From the NCBI RefSeq assembly GCF_039654945.1, contig NW_027361831.1, positions 1,364,001 to 1,428,000 on the forward strand: a stretch of DNA of 64,000 bases, read 5' to 3'. Made by a program: the position numbers and the translations under genes. This document shows, piece by piece, positions 48,701-62,051 of this stretch. The stretch comes from Dendrobates tinctorius. Its lineage: Eukaryota. The notes below the pieces were generated by a model that searched no databases, had not been told where the DNA came from, and saw only the letters and a program-made list of their open reading frames with translations. The first letter of the stretch is position 1; the number at the start of each line of letters is the position of its first letter.

Positions 48701-49020
48701 CATGTCTTCAGAATAAAAGAAAAAAAACTTTTATCATCCTGTTCAGCATTATAATTCAGAGTAACTTCACCTTCCTCCAACCATTCCTCGGGAATCTATA
48801 TTTCCACATGTGTGTCTGAGCTGTCCTTTGGGGCGTATTTCCTCTTTTATGACCCTGTGGGACCTCCTGTCTAGGTTTGGGAGAAGGTGGCTAAGGATGA
48901 TTGGATCTCATAACCCACCATTTATCTAACCTCTTCCATCAAAGAGGGTTGTTCATCTCTGATGATTTTCTACATGCATCTTTGGCATAGAGCTTTTTTG
49001 TGGGTAGATGGAAGCTTTTT
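45770..49020 (-). mobile_element. Decayed DIRS (tyrosine-recombinase) retrotransposon: gag, RT and RNase H fragments
   Basis: IDLRDAYYHVP, FQFRVLPF..SAPRTFTK, IIPYLD, HVRIYSDNMT; gag PFRGEYVFGPALDDL. Confidence 0.8.
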
Positions 49021-49021
49021 A

Positions 49022-49170
49022 CAGTGGATACGGAAAGTATTCAGACCCCTTTAAATTTTCACTCTTTGTTTCATTGCAGCCATTTGGTAAATTCAAAAAA
49101 GTTCCATTTTTTTCTCATTAATGTACACTCTGCACCCCAGCTTGACTGAAACAAAAGCAGAAATGTAATT
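49022..49170. mobile_element. Isolated Tc1 TIR fragment
   Basis: TA|CAGTGGATACGGAAAGTATTCAGAC, same family as 62957. Confidence 0.8.
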
Positions 49171-49417
49171 GTAATGCAAATGTAATGTAATGCAAATTGG
49201 CTGACCATGGACGAGCCCTGTGACAATGCCAGCAGTCAGAGCGTGGTGTCATGGGTGACTCACGGTTGCAGGAAGACCTGCTTCAGAGTGCCCAAGAACT
49301 GCGAGGCACTCTGCACCACATGATCACCACACTCCCACAGCGGTGTGGCCCACTCCAAAGCCCTGCCCGACAAGAGGGAAATAATAAATCCCACCTTAGC
49401 CCACTCGGAGGGGAATC

Positions 49418-50130
49418 TGTTATGAATGGGTCACCGAGGAGAAAAAAGCAAAACAAACTAAGTCACAGAAAACCAGAGAGGTTGGTAACTATGCAGATTG
49501 CAGATCCCTGATCTTACCACACAACTAGCAGTAGCTGTGGAGCGTGCCTATGATGTTCCTAGACGCCTCGTCACGGCCAGAGGACTAAATAAGCCTAAAG
49601 CAAGAAAAGAGAAAACTAACTGCCCCAGAGCAGACCCCAAAGGAATAGATAGCCCCCACACATGTATTGATGGTGAAACAAGATGAAGGCACAAACACAG
49701 GCAGGAAAATAGGCTGAGCAAATGATGGGGCCCAAACTAACTAGACAGGAAAGGAAAAGAAAGACACTGTCTGCAACCTGCAAAAAACTCTACAAAAATC
49801 ATGACCAACACTTCTGATAGGAAAATTAACCCTGAAGTCACTAGACTTCATCAGCACTCTGAAATATTCTGAGACAGAGCAAAAAGAGACCGAACTAGTA
49901 AGGGACAAAAAGCCAATTGGCAAAAAACTGATAAATAAGAGTGGAAATTCAGCACAGCCCCCAGCAGGGGCTGGCTGACCACACCAAAAAACTGAATAGA
50001 CCAACAAAATCAAGTGTGAACATTAGCAGAAAAACTTGGTTTTCAGCTCTGTTCCAGTCATCTAAAGCTAAGAGCTGACAAGCCAGAAGGAATCACCAGC
50101 AACTGAATAGGGCGTCGGCTGTCTTAAATT
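49418..50130 (+). mobile_element. Gypsy-type LTR fragment preceded by a purine tract
   Basis: ggaggggaatc|TGTTATG. Confidence 0.5.
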
Positions 50131-50139
50131 CAATCTGAG

Positions 50140-51642
50140 ACTCCTGAGATCCAATCGTCATCCTCATTCTCAGGTGGCAGATCTCCACCGATCAAATCAG
50201 CCTCTCTACCTCCTATTACCACCAGAGGGAGTCTGGAAGGAGAACTCACAACTGGAACTGAACCAGAGAATGAACTCACAACAGGAATCGTGCTGCCAGC
50301 AGCTCCAGCTGTATAGAGCACTGGATCACGAAACCCCTACAAGAAGCACTATTGCCCGAGAACTTCTCGGGCAGTGGGAGGCGGGACAAAGTCGGGGCAG
50401 GGATGGCAGTGGTCACACGGAAGACAGCCTCCGTGGCTGCCTGAACAGCGACCGCAGTAACATCCGCAGCTGAGGCTGAAGGCTCGAGAGCCACCAACAT
50501 GCCCTGCAGCTGGCCGATGTACTGCAGCAGTCGCTGTTCGTCCGCCATTACTAGCCAGACCCTGGCGCTAGTATAATGTTAGGGGCTGGCGGAATGCACC
50601 AAATAATAAAGATGGTATTTAGGTGCGTTCGCAGCCTGGGGTCCACCATGCAGAGGTGTTAACTGCTGCTCAGTAATTGCGGACGTGATATGGCGGTATA
50701 ATAAAGGGACACATGAGGTTAACCTCACCCAGTGTGTACAGAGGCGGACTCTGTTACCTCACAGAGCCGCACAACCGCCAAATAATAAATGCCATAGCCT
50801 GTTTGTACTCACAGAGCTCGGCAGTGTGAGCGCTAGCGTATAGTCACAGGACTCTGCCCGAGACACTGGGTTAGAGTCCCTCTAGACATGCTAGTGCTCG
50901 GCACCGCACCTGCGGTGCCAGCTAAGTATAACATGTGCAAGTGTGCACAGTGCCGCTCAGGCGGCCGCCACTAATCTCCCCGGATTGGGCCAGATAAACG
51001 CAGGTTGCGCAAGGCGTTGCACAGGCGTGGCTGTCACTTGCCATGGTACGATAGTGCCCTGCAGTGGGCGACACCATCGGACGCTAGTGTGCAGAAGGCT
51101 GGACTGCACTGTGGCATATACAGTAGCCACTGACAGGCGCTAATTCTAACCGCTGAACCCTAACAACAAACACAACCAAGGGTTGGGGTGTTATAATGAG
51201 TCAGTCACCAGATACATGCATCCATCATCATACACTCCATAACAATTTGAGTCTATACTAGCGCATGGCCGTGCGGCCATGTGGCTCTTTTATAGTAGCG
51301 TCCTTCCGGGACCTTCCTGACCCTCCTGATGGTCCAATCCGAGCTGGAAAAGGACCTGAGCATGTGACCTCCGATCTCCAACGAGAGATCGTCCCACGGG
51401 CATGCTCACTGGACCGAAAGGAAGACCTAGTCCCTGGAGTAGCTCAATGCTGACCAGCATGCGTTGCTATAGCTGGACCAGAGGTGGCAGCAGTAACCAA
51501 ACCCACAGAGCTGGTCTGAGCAGAGCGCCTGGATCGACGAGTCTGCTGGGCAGCCTCCTCTGCGGCCAGAGAGGAATGGGAGACTGCCGAATGCAAGGCT
51601 CGGGATTCCTGCTGTGCAGCGACAGGAACCCAATGCCTAACA
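50140..51642 (-). mobile_element. Ty3/Gypsy 5' LTR (50577-51642) and start of gag (from 50548)
   Basis: TGTTAGG...CCTAACA; gag MADEQRLLQY...LPEKFSGNSASCRGFVIQCSIQL (sushi-like). Confidence 0.8.
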
Positions 51643-53330
51643 GAAACAGCATAATCCAGCTAATCGATAGCCATCCCTTGGCCAAGAAAATTGCCAAACT
51701 GCATCATGTGAGTGCCATGACAGTCGGAAGAATACGAAATGAAGTCTGTCCATCCATTCACAAGCCCAAAGGTGGACATGCAGGAAAAATATCAAAGTTG
51801 ACAAAACAGCTCATCTCAAGGTCTATCAGTTCTGGAACGACAAACATGGCAGTGGAGGTGGCTCATATGCTTCATAATAATGAGATCACAGATGTCAATG
51901 CAAGCAACATGTGACTCACAATACACAAAAAAAGGTGAACAAGCCTCAACTTCAATATTGTCATAAGAAGCGATAGTTCGAATTTGCAAACAAGTACAAA
52001 AAGGGGACATTTAAAGATTTGAAACGGGAGATTTGGAGTGATGACACAGAAGTCAATAGACTAGGCTGTGATGGGTGCAAATAGGTCTGAAAGAAATAAA
52101 GGAAAAAGTGGCTAACGGCTTGAGAAATTGAACGAAATCTCGAGTTTGGTGGAGGAAGCCTGATGGTATGGGGTTGTTTCACAGCCGAAGGCATTGGATA
52201 CTTGACCAGGATCGATGGTGGTCTCAATGCTGAACTATATGTGAGTATCCTACAAGAAGAGTTACTTCGTACACTCAAGTACTATGGATATAAGAGATGA
52301 AAAAGTGGAGTAACCGTAAACCACAAATAATGTTAAAACAAGGATGTATATTTGAAAAAAAATTCACTAAACGATAAATAACATGTAATACAGCAATAAA
52401 TAAAAAATAAGGAGGATTAATACACAGAGATCCGCTGAGTCAGTCCAGCAAAATAAGCTATGCATAATATATACGCCTCCCCTCACTATGGGTCAGCATT
52501 ACAAACTGTGAACCTACTTTTTGCTTCATTCTGACTTCCTTGGACTTTCATTTTACATGGTGACTGGGGTGGACACGTTTTGTATATATTATACATTGCT
52601 TATTTTGCTGGACTGACTCCGCAGATCTCTGTGTGTAAATCCTTCTTATTTTTTTTATATATTATTGTATTACTTGTTATTTATCTTTTAATGAATTATA
52701 GTTAAAATGGTGACAAAATGTACAATTTGTGGAGGAAGGTTGAACTTGATGGACCTAGGTCTTTTTCAACCTATGTAACTATGATTTTTTTCCAAATAAA
52801 CATTCTTGTTTTAACACAAGTTTATGGTTATTCCATTTTTTCCTCTTATATGCATGCCTTTTGGAATACTCCACCACCTGATGCCATATTTTTACTCTAT
52901 GGGTGGATACTAGACTTTAGTCCCTTACCCTTTAATGAATATGTGCTTTAGGAATACCCCTTTATTACTCAAGTACTATGGGTATGAAAAGGACGACATA
53001 GTGTTCCAACAGGACAACATGAAGCATGCATTGCCATATGGCGAAGAAATGATTCAATGACAATGAAGTAGAGGTGCTGGATTGGCCACTACAATCCGCA
53101 GACCTAAACGCAATCAAACACTTGTGGGTAGAATTGAAGAAAATACTGTATACATACCCAAGTGAGTCAACCAGTATGCACCAACTTTGGAAATGTGTAA
53201 AAGAGACACGAGATCAATTTTCGGTCAACACAAGCTTTAATCTGATTGAGAGCATGCCCAAAAGGATTCAGGTAGTGTTGAAAACCAAAGGTGGATTTAT
53301 GAAATGCTAACAAAAAAATTAAAATGCAGA
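51643..53330 (+). mobile_element. Decayed Tc1-like transposase interrupted by a 679-bp insertion
   Basis: IWSDDT, FGGGSLMVWGCF, VFQQDN, DWPLQSADLNAIKHLW. Confidence 0.8.
52288..52966. mobile_element. Non-coding insertion with internal inverted repeat (Penelope-like tail pair)
   Basis: 15-bp TSD ACTCAAGTACTATGG (52273-52287, 52967-52981); inverted arms ~52370-52460 and ~52598-52690. Confidence 0.65.
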
Positions 53331-53866
53331 TCTTTAGGAGTAAAACAGTAACAATGTAGTGACATGACAAGAATCTGCATAACTAATCATATGCTAAATA
53401 GTTGCAAGTCAAATTTATGTATGAGATATCCACGATGATTGCCTATCAAATGACGGCAGTCTCAAGTTCAAAGCAGAAGTGGAAAATGAGATATGGAGCC
53501 TGAAAGTCAAAAGTTCAAAACATTGTTACCCTTTTGCTCTTCACTATACATAATAGAAAACACCACAGGAAAAACACAGTGATAAAGTCCAAAACTTTAA
53601 TATATGTTTTGCAAAAGTTTATTGTACAAAAGCAGATCTTAAAACAGATAACAGGGATAAAAAGTGACAGGCAAAAATCTCATCAGCCAGGGCGGTATAG
53701 ACACCATGGGAATCCCAGTAAATAATCAAAGGTCACATAGATACATAGGCATTTAAGAGCAAAAGCTCATGTGAGGTGAATGCCAGTGCATGGTAAAGTG
53801 AAATCACTACATCAAATCATTGATTACATACCCCACATAGAGCAAGCATACAAAATGTTAAATATA

Positions 53867-55087
53867 CACTCACTGGCCACTTTATTAGGTACACCATGCT
53901 AGTAAGGGGTTGGACCCCCTTTTGCCTTCAGAACTGCCTCAATTCTTCGTGGCAGAGATTCAACAAGGTGCTGGAAGCATTCCTCAGAGATTTTGCACCA
54001 TATTGACATGATGGCATCACACAGTTGGCGCAGATTTGTCGGCTGCACATCCCTGATGCGAATCTCCCGTTCCACCTCATCCCAAAGATGCTCTATTGGA
54101 TTGAGATCTGGTGACTGAAGAGGCCATTTGAGTACAGTGAACTCATTGTCATGTTCAAGAAACCAATCTGAGATGATTCGAGCTTTATGACATGGCGCAT
54201 TATCCTGCTGAAAGTAGCCATCAGATGTTGGGTACATTGTGGTCATAAAGGGATGGACATGGTCAGCAACAATACTCAGGTAGGCTGTGGCGTTGCAACG
54301 ATGCTCAATTGGTACCAAGGGGCCCAAAGAGTGCCAAGAAAAAATTCCCCACACCATGACACCACCACCACCAGCCTGAACCGTTGATACAAGGCAGGAT
54401 GGATCCATGCTTTCATGTTGTTTATGCCAAATTCTGACCCTACCATCCGAATGTCGCAGCAGAAATCGAGACTCATCAGACCAGGCAACGTTTTTCCAAT
54501 CTTTTACTGTCCAATTTCGATGAGCTTGTGCAAATTGTAGCCTCAGTTTCCTGTTCTTAGCTGAGAGGAGTGGTACCCAGTGTGGTCTTCTGCTGCTGTA
54601 GCCCATCTGCCTCAAAGTTCGACGCACTGTGCGTTCAGAGATGCTCTTCTGCCTACCTTGGTTGTAACGGGTGGCAATTTGAGTCACTGTTGCCTTTCTA
54701 TCAGCTCGAACCAGTCTGCCCATTCTCCTCTGACCTCTGGCATCAACAAGGCATTTCCGGCCACAGAACTGCCGCTCACTGGTTTTTTTTTCTTTTTCGG
54801 ACCATTCTCTGTAAACCCTAGAGATGGTTGTGCGTGAAAATCCCAGTAGATCAGCAGTTTCTGAAATTCTCAGACCAGCCCTTCTGACACCAACAATCAT
54901 GCCACGTTCAAAGGCACTCAAATCACCTTTCTTCCCCATACTGATGCTCGGTTTGAACTGCAGGAGATTGTCTTGACCATGTCTACATGCCTAAATGCAC
55001 TGAGTTGCCGCCATGTGATTGGCTGATTAGAAATTAAGTCTTAACACACAGTTGGACAGGTGTACCTAATAAAGTGGCCAGTGAGTG
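53867..55087 (-). mobile_element. Intact Tc1/mariner element, DD36E (Incomer-type), 1221 bp
   Basis: Perfect 29-bp TIR CACTCACTGGCCACTTTATTAGGTACACC, TA TSD, uninterrupted ORF. Confidence 0.93.
53899..54939 (-). CDS. DD36E transposase, 346 aa
   Basis: [23 protein letters not shown] with 36 residues between the second D and E. Confidence 0.93.
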   Translation of the reverse strand: MGKKGDLSAFERGMIVGVRRAGLRISETADLLGFSRTTISRVYREWSEKEKKTSERQFCGRKCLVDARGQRRMGRLVRADRKATVTQIATRYNQGRQKSISERTVRRTLRQMGYSSRRPHWVPLLSAKNRKLRLQFAQAHRNWTVKDWKNVAWSDESRFLLRHSDGRVRIWHKQHESMDPSCLVSTVQAGGGGVMVWGIFSWHSLGPLVPIEHRCNATAYLSIVADHVHPFMTTMYPTSDGYFQQDNAPCHKARIISDWFLEHDNEFTVLKWPLQSPDLNPIEHLWDEVEREIRIRDVQPTNLRQLCDAIMSIWCKISEECFQHLVESLPRRIEAVLKAKGGPTPY

Positions 55088-55591
55088 TACATGCAAAGTG
55101 CCACCAGAGAGAAAGCTGTAATCATACCGGGTATACACGCTGTCTGCTGCCTACCCCAACGCACGTTTCGGAGGTTCTCCTTCCTCAAGGGGCGTGCCAT
55201 ACAGAGTGACATAAGTTAAATAACTTATGTCACTCTGTATGGCACATCCCTGAGGAAGATTATTTACTGGGATTCCAATGGTGTCTACACTGCCCTGGCT
55301 GATGTGGCTTTTGCCTGTCACTTTTTAGCCCTGTTATCTGTTTTATGATCTGCTTTTGTACAATAAACTTTTGCAAAATATATATTATAATCTTGGACTT
55401 TATCATTGTGTTTTTCCTGTGGTGTTTTTTGTTCTGACATACAGTGTGTTCTATATTGTGCTGATATACAGGCTAGTGGTATTTTTTATATAAATATCAA
55501 CTATATATGATATCTTTAACATGATGTTTCATTATGTTATACCATACTAGCCTTTGGTGTTTTTCTTGTAGCCATATTATACATAACGGTT

Positions 55592-58500
55592 CTAACCTGC
55601 GTGAGTTTTCTGATGTGTAACAAGATTTGATTTCTGGCTAAAACATTTTCCACATTTCGAACACAAGTATGGCTTCTCCCCAGTGTGACTTCTCTGATGT
55701 ATAACAAGAATTGATTTCCGGTTAAAACATTTTCCACATTCTGGACATGAAAATGGCTTTTCCCCTGTGTGAGTTCTCACGTGATCAAGAAGATATGATT
55801 TGTGCCTAAAATATTTCCCGCACTCAGGACATAAAAATGGCTTCTCCCCTGTGTGAATTCTCTGATGTCTAACAAGACTTGATTTCCGGTTAAAAGAATT
55901 TCCACAATCTAAACATAAAAATGGTTTCTTCCTTATGTGAACTCTTTCATGTCTAAGAAGAAATGATTTTGTGTTGAAACTTTTCTTGCACTCTGAACAT
56001 GAAAATGGCTTTTCTCCTTTGTGAATTTTTTTATGTGTAAAAAAATTTGTTTTGTGGGAAAAACTTCTGCCCAATTCTGAACTTGAAGATGGCCTCTTTA
56101 CTTCCACGGCACTTTGATTTGTACGGCCCCTTTTGTGTCTTTTATTTTTCTTAATAGTCTGTGATGAATTAGAAGATAGGTACTTTTTAAAAGGATCAGA
56201 TGATAGATCTTTGCTGTGAAGGGTTGATGGTGCAGCTGAGACAATGACATACTCATCAAATGTATCTTGCTTGATATCAAGGTCATCTGATTTAAAAATT
56301 GAAACTGTCAGATGTCCCTCTGTTCTGCTACAGTCATCTGCCAAGCATAAAAACAATTATTTTTGAATAACAAAACCTTAACATTTTTATAACATTTCTA
56401 TGTAAAATGTTCATAGAAAATACAAAAAAAAAATCACAATTCTGCAGTAGACCTCAGTGCACCTAAGTACACGAACACAGGACCATAACATGTAGTTCCA
56501 CCATTACTCCCCAGCAACATGCCCACTGTCTTGGGGTCATACTTGATTCCGAGCTTTCCTTTGTCCCCCACATCCGATCACTGGCTCACTCTTGTTATCT
56601 GTACCTCAAAAACATTTCTAGAATTCTACCTTTTCTTACTTTCAACTCTGCAAAAGACTCTGACTGTTTCTCTTATTCATTCTCGTCTGGACTATTGTAT
56701 CTCTCTAATAATCGGTCTCCCTCTTACCAAACTCTCCCCTCTCCGATCCATCCTGAATGCTGCAGCCAGGATCATATTCCTCACCAATCATTACACTGAT
56801 GCCTCTACCTTGTGCCAAATAACAGAAAACTGACGGCACATCAAGAACTAGTTAGTCTGAACAGGTGCATACCAAAAAACAGCTTACATATCAAAATGAT
56901 AAAATGGTTGCACTCAATTGCATTAGGGCACATCAATGTGAAATACATGAAGTTTTGGCCAAATTTTGTGCTAAGCATCTCATGTGTTTTTCCTAAATTT
57001 CAAAAGCCATTACGCTATTCACACTTCATGTAAGTAGGGAAGGCTACTTACAAAATGAGTGGTAAAAAGTGAGGTCATGGTGGAAGAGGGAACAGGCTTG
57101 GTCGGGTTAGGTGTGGACCTCATAGAAGTGCCAGAGACATGAGCGCCTTCTTGCTGCACTATCTTCAACACGATGCCCATATTCATAGGGTTAGAGATAG
57201 TGCTGACTACTGGGTTGCCACTCTGTTAGATCCTGGTACAAGAGTAAATTTAGCCAGATGCTTTTCCCCCTGGAAATTCAACTACCTATGTTACTTTCCT
57301 TATATTTTTCTACCAATATTAATGTATGAAACTGATGTTTGTCCCATCTGAGTATGACTGGAATAAAAAAAAAAATTGGAGGTGTTGCATGCGGTAAGAG
57401 GTCTATGAGGTCTCCCACCTAAGAAGGCTTACCCCGTTCCCTTAACCATCAGGTCCTTATTGAAACTTCAATTCCAAGCCGTAAATGCTGGTCCAGGCCC
57501 TGATACCTCATGCATGGCCCATGGCAGATTGCGTCTGGGCTATTATAACAGGTACTCCTGTGGATCAATTGATGCCACTTTTCATGGTGTCTGCCCCTAA
57601 TTTTAGCTGTTTGGGAACTTTTTTGTCACCCCTTAAGGTGTTGACTATGCGTTTGGTTTTGCCCCCAATTGAATCTAATGAGGTTCAGATACATTTGTCG
57701 AACGTCGGTATGTTCGGTGAATTCAAACCAAATCGAACCTTGAAAGATTCGCTCACCTCTACTCATTACTGAATTTCCTATGCCTTCTTGTGGATTTCAA
57801 TTCTGTTCTACCTGTGTCCATAATTTCAACTTACTTCAATGGATCCTGTAGTTACTATTTGCTCTTCCTTTTGCTGTTTTACCAGTGTTTCATCTGCAAC
57901 TCACTGATATGGATAATATTTTTCTTCAAATATTTTTTTAAGTTGTCTGGTGTCCTTTGGTATGTAGTTCAGAAATCTGGGGAAATAAGGGTCAGCATCT
58001 TCTAAGTCCAAGGGTGTTGGGAATATCATTTAAGGTTTCATATCAAGCCAGAGCAGATAACATTGCAATAGATGGGTTTTGATGACAAAAGTTAAGCGGA
58101 CAGTTTTTGGTGAAAGAGGATGCAGTGGCCTAACGACAGAATTGTGTTCTCTTTATTGTGATATGGAAGGACTACACCTTAAATCAAGCAGACATAATAA
58201 AGTAGGATGGGATAATCTAAGACCTCAATCCCTGGATAAAAACAAGGAATTCAACTAAAGATTGGGCATTGCTCCAGCGGAACGATAGCCCCAGGAAAGC
58301 CCACGTCAGCAAAAGATCCTGGCTTCAACATGTATCAATTATACTCTTGTGATAAAGATGGTCTTAGCCAAAGTGAAATAGTACAGAAATTAAGTTGAAA
58401 TTTTCAGTTAGATTATATCCAACTAGATGGTGGCCCGATTCTAACGCATCGGGTATTCTAGAATATATATGCAGTTTATTTTTGAAGATTTAATAATAAT

Positions 58501-61500
58501 GCAATAATGCACCCCCCAATCCTGATATGTATGGTTCTCTCACCCCCAATCCTGATATGTATGGTTCTCTCACCCCCAATCCTGAAATGCATGCTACCCC
58601 TCAACCCCCTATCCTGGTATGCATGGTCCACTGACCCCTCAATCCTGGAATGCATGGTCCTCTCACCCCCCAGTCCTGGTATGCATGGTCCTCTCACTCT
58701 ATAATCCTGGTATGCATGGTCCCCTCACCCCCCTTTCTTGGTATGCATGGTCCTCTCACACCCCAATCCTGGTATGTATGATCACCGTCACCCCCCTTTC
58801 CTGGTATGCATGGTACCCTCACCCCCCAATCCTGGTAGGCATGGTATCCTCACCCCCCTTTCCTGGTATGCATGGTCCCCTCACCCCCTTTTCCTGATAT
58901 GCATGGTCCCCTCACCCCCCAATCCTGGTATGCATGGTCCTCTTACCCCCCTTTTGGGGTATGCATGGTCCCCTCACCCCCCAGTCCTGGTATGCATGGT
59001 CCTCTCACCCCCCAATCCTGGTATGCATGGTCCCCTCACCCCCAATCCTGGTATGCATGGTCCCCTCACCCCCCAATCCTGGTAAGCATGGTCCCCTCAC
59101 CCCCCAATCCTGGTATGCATGGTTCCCTCACCCCCCTTTCCTGGTATGCATGGTCCCCTCTCCCCCTTTCCGTGTAGCCGCGACCAATCAGCGTCGCGGC
59201 CCTCTGTCCGCGACCAATCAGCAACACGGCCCTGTAGTCCCGACCAATCACTGCAGCGGCCCTGTAAAAAATAATATTAAAAAATAAAAAAAAGTTATTC
59301 TCACCTTCCCACGGCCTCCTGTCTTCTTTCCACGCGCCCGGACTCGCGTTCCCAGTAATGCTTTGCGTCTTAGACCGCTGATGACGTCGGTCTTCTTTCT
59401 CGCTCTCGCGAGAGTGACATCATCAGCGGTCTAAGCTGCAAAGCATTACTGGGAACGCGAGGCCGGGCGCGTGGAAAGAAGACAGGAGGCCGTCGGAAGG
59501 TGAGAATAACTTTTTTTTATTTTAGTTCTCTTTTTTACAGATTAAGGCCTGTGCCTGTCGCTGAATGGTTACGGCCTGGCGGGGGCCTGGCGGCCGCGAC
59601 CAGTCGGCGGCCTGCGATTTTGGTTACAGACAGACACGATAAGGCGTTTATATATATATATATAGACAGAACCACAGTCTCATAGACTGCACCACCAGAG
59701 CGATGTCCATGGCTGTTGAATGTCCACCTAAGTTGAGCAATATTTTATATCTAGTGTATTTCTGAAGATTGAACTAAAGAATGGAAATTTTAAACCAAAG
59801 AGATCATTTTGTACATCAAAAATCCTTTAGTTCAATCTTATCTGTAAATCAGATTTTTTTCTTTAAATTTGAATATATTATGTAGTAGAAGAAAATGTAA
59901 TTTATTTTATTTAACAGCCTTTAGTTCGATCTCGAGCCATGGCGACTTGATGGATAAATGATCTGTAGGAAGATCGATCTTGTGCAAGCCTAGATAGGTC
60001 CACTAGGATCTTCTCCACTATTGTCATGATTGTATCAAGCCATTGGGCTGCTGGTTTTCCTCTTTGCTTTGTTCCCTTTATTCGTCCAACCATGATGTCC
60101 TTCTCCAATGATTACTCTCTTTATATGATATGTCCATTGAAGGCAAAAAGTAGAAGAAAATACTTTACCTTAATTCCGTTTTAAATCCTGCACATCTGTA
60201 GTTGAAATAGCTTTGGCAAAGTATATCCTTCTCATTTCAGTCCTCTGATATTAATGCTATGGAGCAAATATAGGATGAAGTAGGACAGGCTGTTCAGAGC
60301 ATGTCAGTATCTTCATTAAATGAGTCACTCTAAATTGTCCGATTTCTCTATACAAGGATTTCCACATCTACTGAAATGTGAGCCATAACGCATTAATGAA
60401 ATTCTAAGGCCAAAGAAGGTCCCAAGCGTTGTCACAGGGAAAGGGGGTCTATAATAAGGTGGCCATTCAGTGCATGTCTCTAACATCTATACTTTGTTAA
60501 AAAACAGTAATTTGATACAACGCTAATAAGTCTAAATTCCAAAATCGATCAGTATAGAGAAAACACCGTATGCACTACTAATGAGCAGGTGCTCAAGTAG
60601 GTTCCCACACCATATACAGAGAGAAAATGAACTTGGCACTCAACTTATGATGAAGTTTTTTGTAATTTAAAGTGGTCAAAGTAGTCAAGAAAAACGTTTC
60701 GGCCACAACCAGCCTTCCTCAATTTCCTAAATTCCAAAATTGAGACAGCACACGATGAAGACATAAGACATATTAACATAGGAATATAGCATGTCTATAA
60801 TCAATATTATAAATACCCAGCATGTGATATCAATGGTAATTACATCCAAATTTAATTTATATTTTGGTTGAAGGAGGGAAAAAATACAACTAATACCTGA
60901 GAAATGACAGTGCCTAAAATATCAGCACACAATTATTACAGCTGGTGACTGAGAAGAATCTGTGACCTGTCTGCATTTAGTGCTTACTACTCACCTGGGC
61001 GGTTATCTGTAGGAATCTCCTCTTTACACCGCTCATCACCCCTCACACATGTCTCTGTAGTATTAATATGGGTCAGATCGTCACCCTGAAACAAAAATTG
61101 TAAAAGTCACAGACAGATGGAGAAGTCACATCTATGATCAGCTCTAATCCTGCCATCTCCACCATTACACAAGTATAAAACATATAATACTGGTGGATAA
61201 AACAAGACTGAGCACAAGACCTTCACAGCCGTCTACACATCATAGGGGAGATCTCATGTCACCTTCTCTCCATCTACCTGATGATCCTGAGGAACATTGG
61301 GATCTTCTTGTTTACAGTCCTGTGGAAGAAGAGGACGGGGACATCTCTCTGGTGTTGTCCTCTTGCTGCATAGAACTGGAGGAAACACATACAGGGACTG
61401 AATTCATTCTCTACATACAGATAATTATAGGCCATGTCTATTTAGTTCTGTCTATTACCTGGTGATGTGAGGGGCTGGGGAACCTCCATCATGACGTCCT

Positions 61501-62051
61501 TGTACAGATCTTTGTGTCCTTTTAAATACTCCCACTCCTCCATGGAGAAAAAGATGATGACATCCTGACACCTTATAGGAACCTGACATATACAATGATA
61601 CTGTCATCCCCCGATCCCTTCATAGTGTTACTGTATAATCTCCCAGCATTCCCAGCAGTGTCACCTCTCCAGTCAGCACCTCAATCATCTTGTAGGTGAG
61701 TTCTAGGATCTTCTGGTCAATGATTTTCTCATGTATCAGGGGATGAGGTGGAGGCCTCATGATGGGGCTCAGGGGTTTTCCCCATTCCTCAGACACAGGG
61801 GCCTGACAGCGCTCACTAGAGGTCTTCTTCACTACTGTGTAATCCTGGTTATGGAGAGACACATTAATAAATCTCACTACAGACATATCCAGAGTCCTCA
61901 CCTCTCCAGTTCTGTCCATCTGTTATTCCCATAGATAAGAATAATGTAATGTGACGTCATCAGAATCTCTCACCTCTCCAGTAAGCCGGAAGAGGATCTC
62001 TAGGGTGAGGTGTAATATCCTCTCCGCCATCTTGTCCCTGTCCCTATCCAT
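55592..62051 (-). CDS. Zinc-finger gene B, paralogue of gene A, ~438 aa. Coding exons 62051-61974, 61844-61665, 61582-61459, 61375-61278, 61085-60995, 56337-55592
   Basis: GT-AG exons of 78,180,124,98,91,746 nt in frame; KRAB-A-like exon; 5 intact and 1 degenerate C2H2 fingers. Confidence 0.88.
56515..56816 (+). mobile_element. L2 LINE fragment
   Basis: [31 protein letters not shown] homologous to 22740-22945. Confidence 0.85.
57040..57772 (+). mobile_element. Deletion remnant of a related hAT element
   Basis: [22 protein letters not shown] resembles RDPRIAKMMNDDDYWLASILDP; end TCGCTCACCTCTA at ~57750-57761. Confidence 0.65.
58423..59666 (-). mobile_element. Non-autonomous Helitron with internal minisatellite and palindrome
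   Basis: Minus strand starts TC(TA)n and ends CATCTAG|T; no TIR or TSD. Confidence 0.7.
58505..59165. repeat. ~33-bp minisatellite (cctggtatgcatggtcccctcaccccccaat)n
   Basis: Direct inspection. Confidence 0.9.
59900..60137 (-). mobile_element. RTE-clade LINE 3' fragment
   Basis: [28 protein letters not shown] resembles the RTE/BovB ORF C-terminus. Confidence 0.7.
60688..60727 (-). ncRNA. Degenerate hammerhead ribozyme (Penelope-like remnant)
   Basis: Minus strand ggaaa-TTGAGGA-aggc..ggcc-GAAA-cgtt-tttct; first core C mutated. Confidence 0.5.

Larger units (their letters stand above)
53555..55430. mobile_element. Inverted Penelope-like pLTR pair hosting the DD36E element
   Basis: 53555-53728 is the inverse of 55258-55430; degenerate hammerhead at 55154-55193 (minus). 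Confidence 0.65.

Noticed and set aside
50276-50548. Domesticated gag gene (RTL/LDOC1-like)
   Set aside because: Directly follows an LTR and is truncated; ordinary Gypsy remnant
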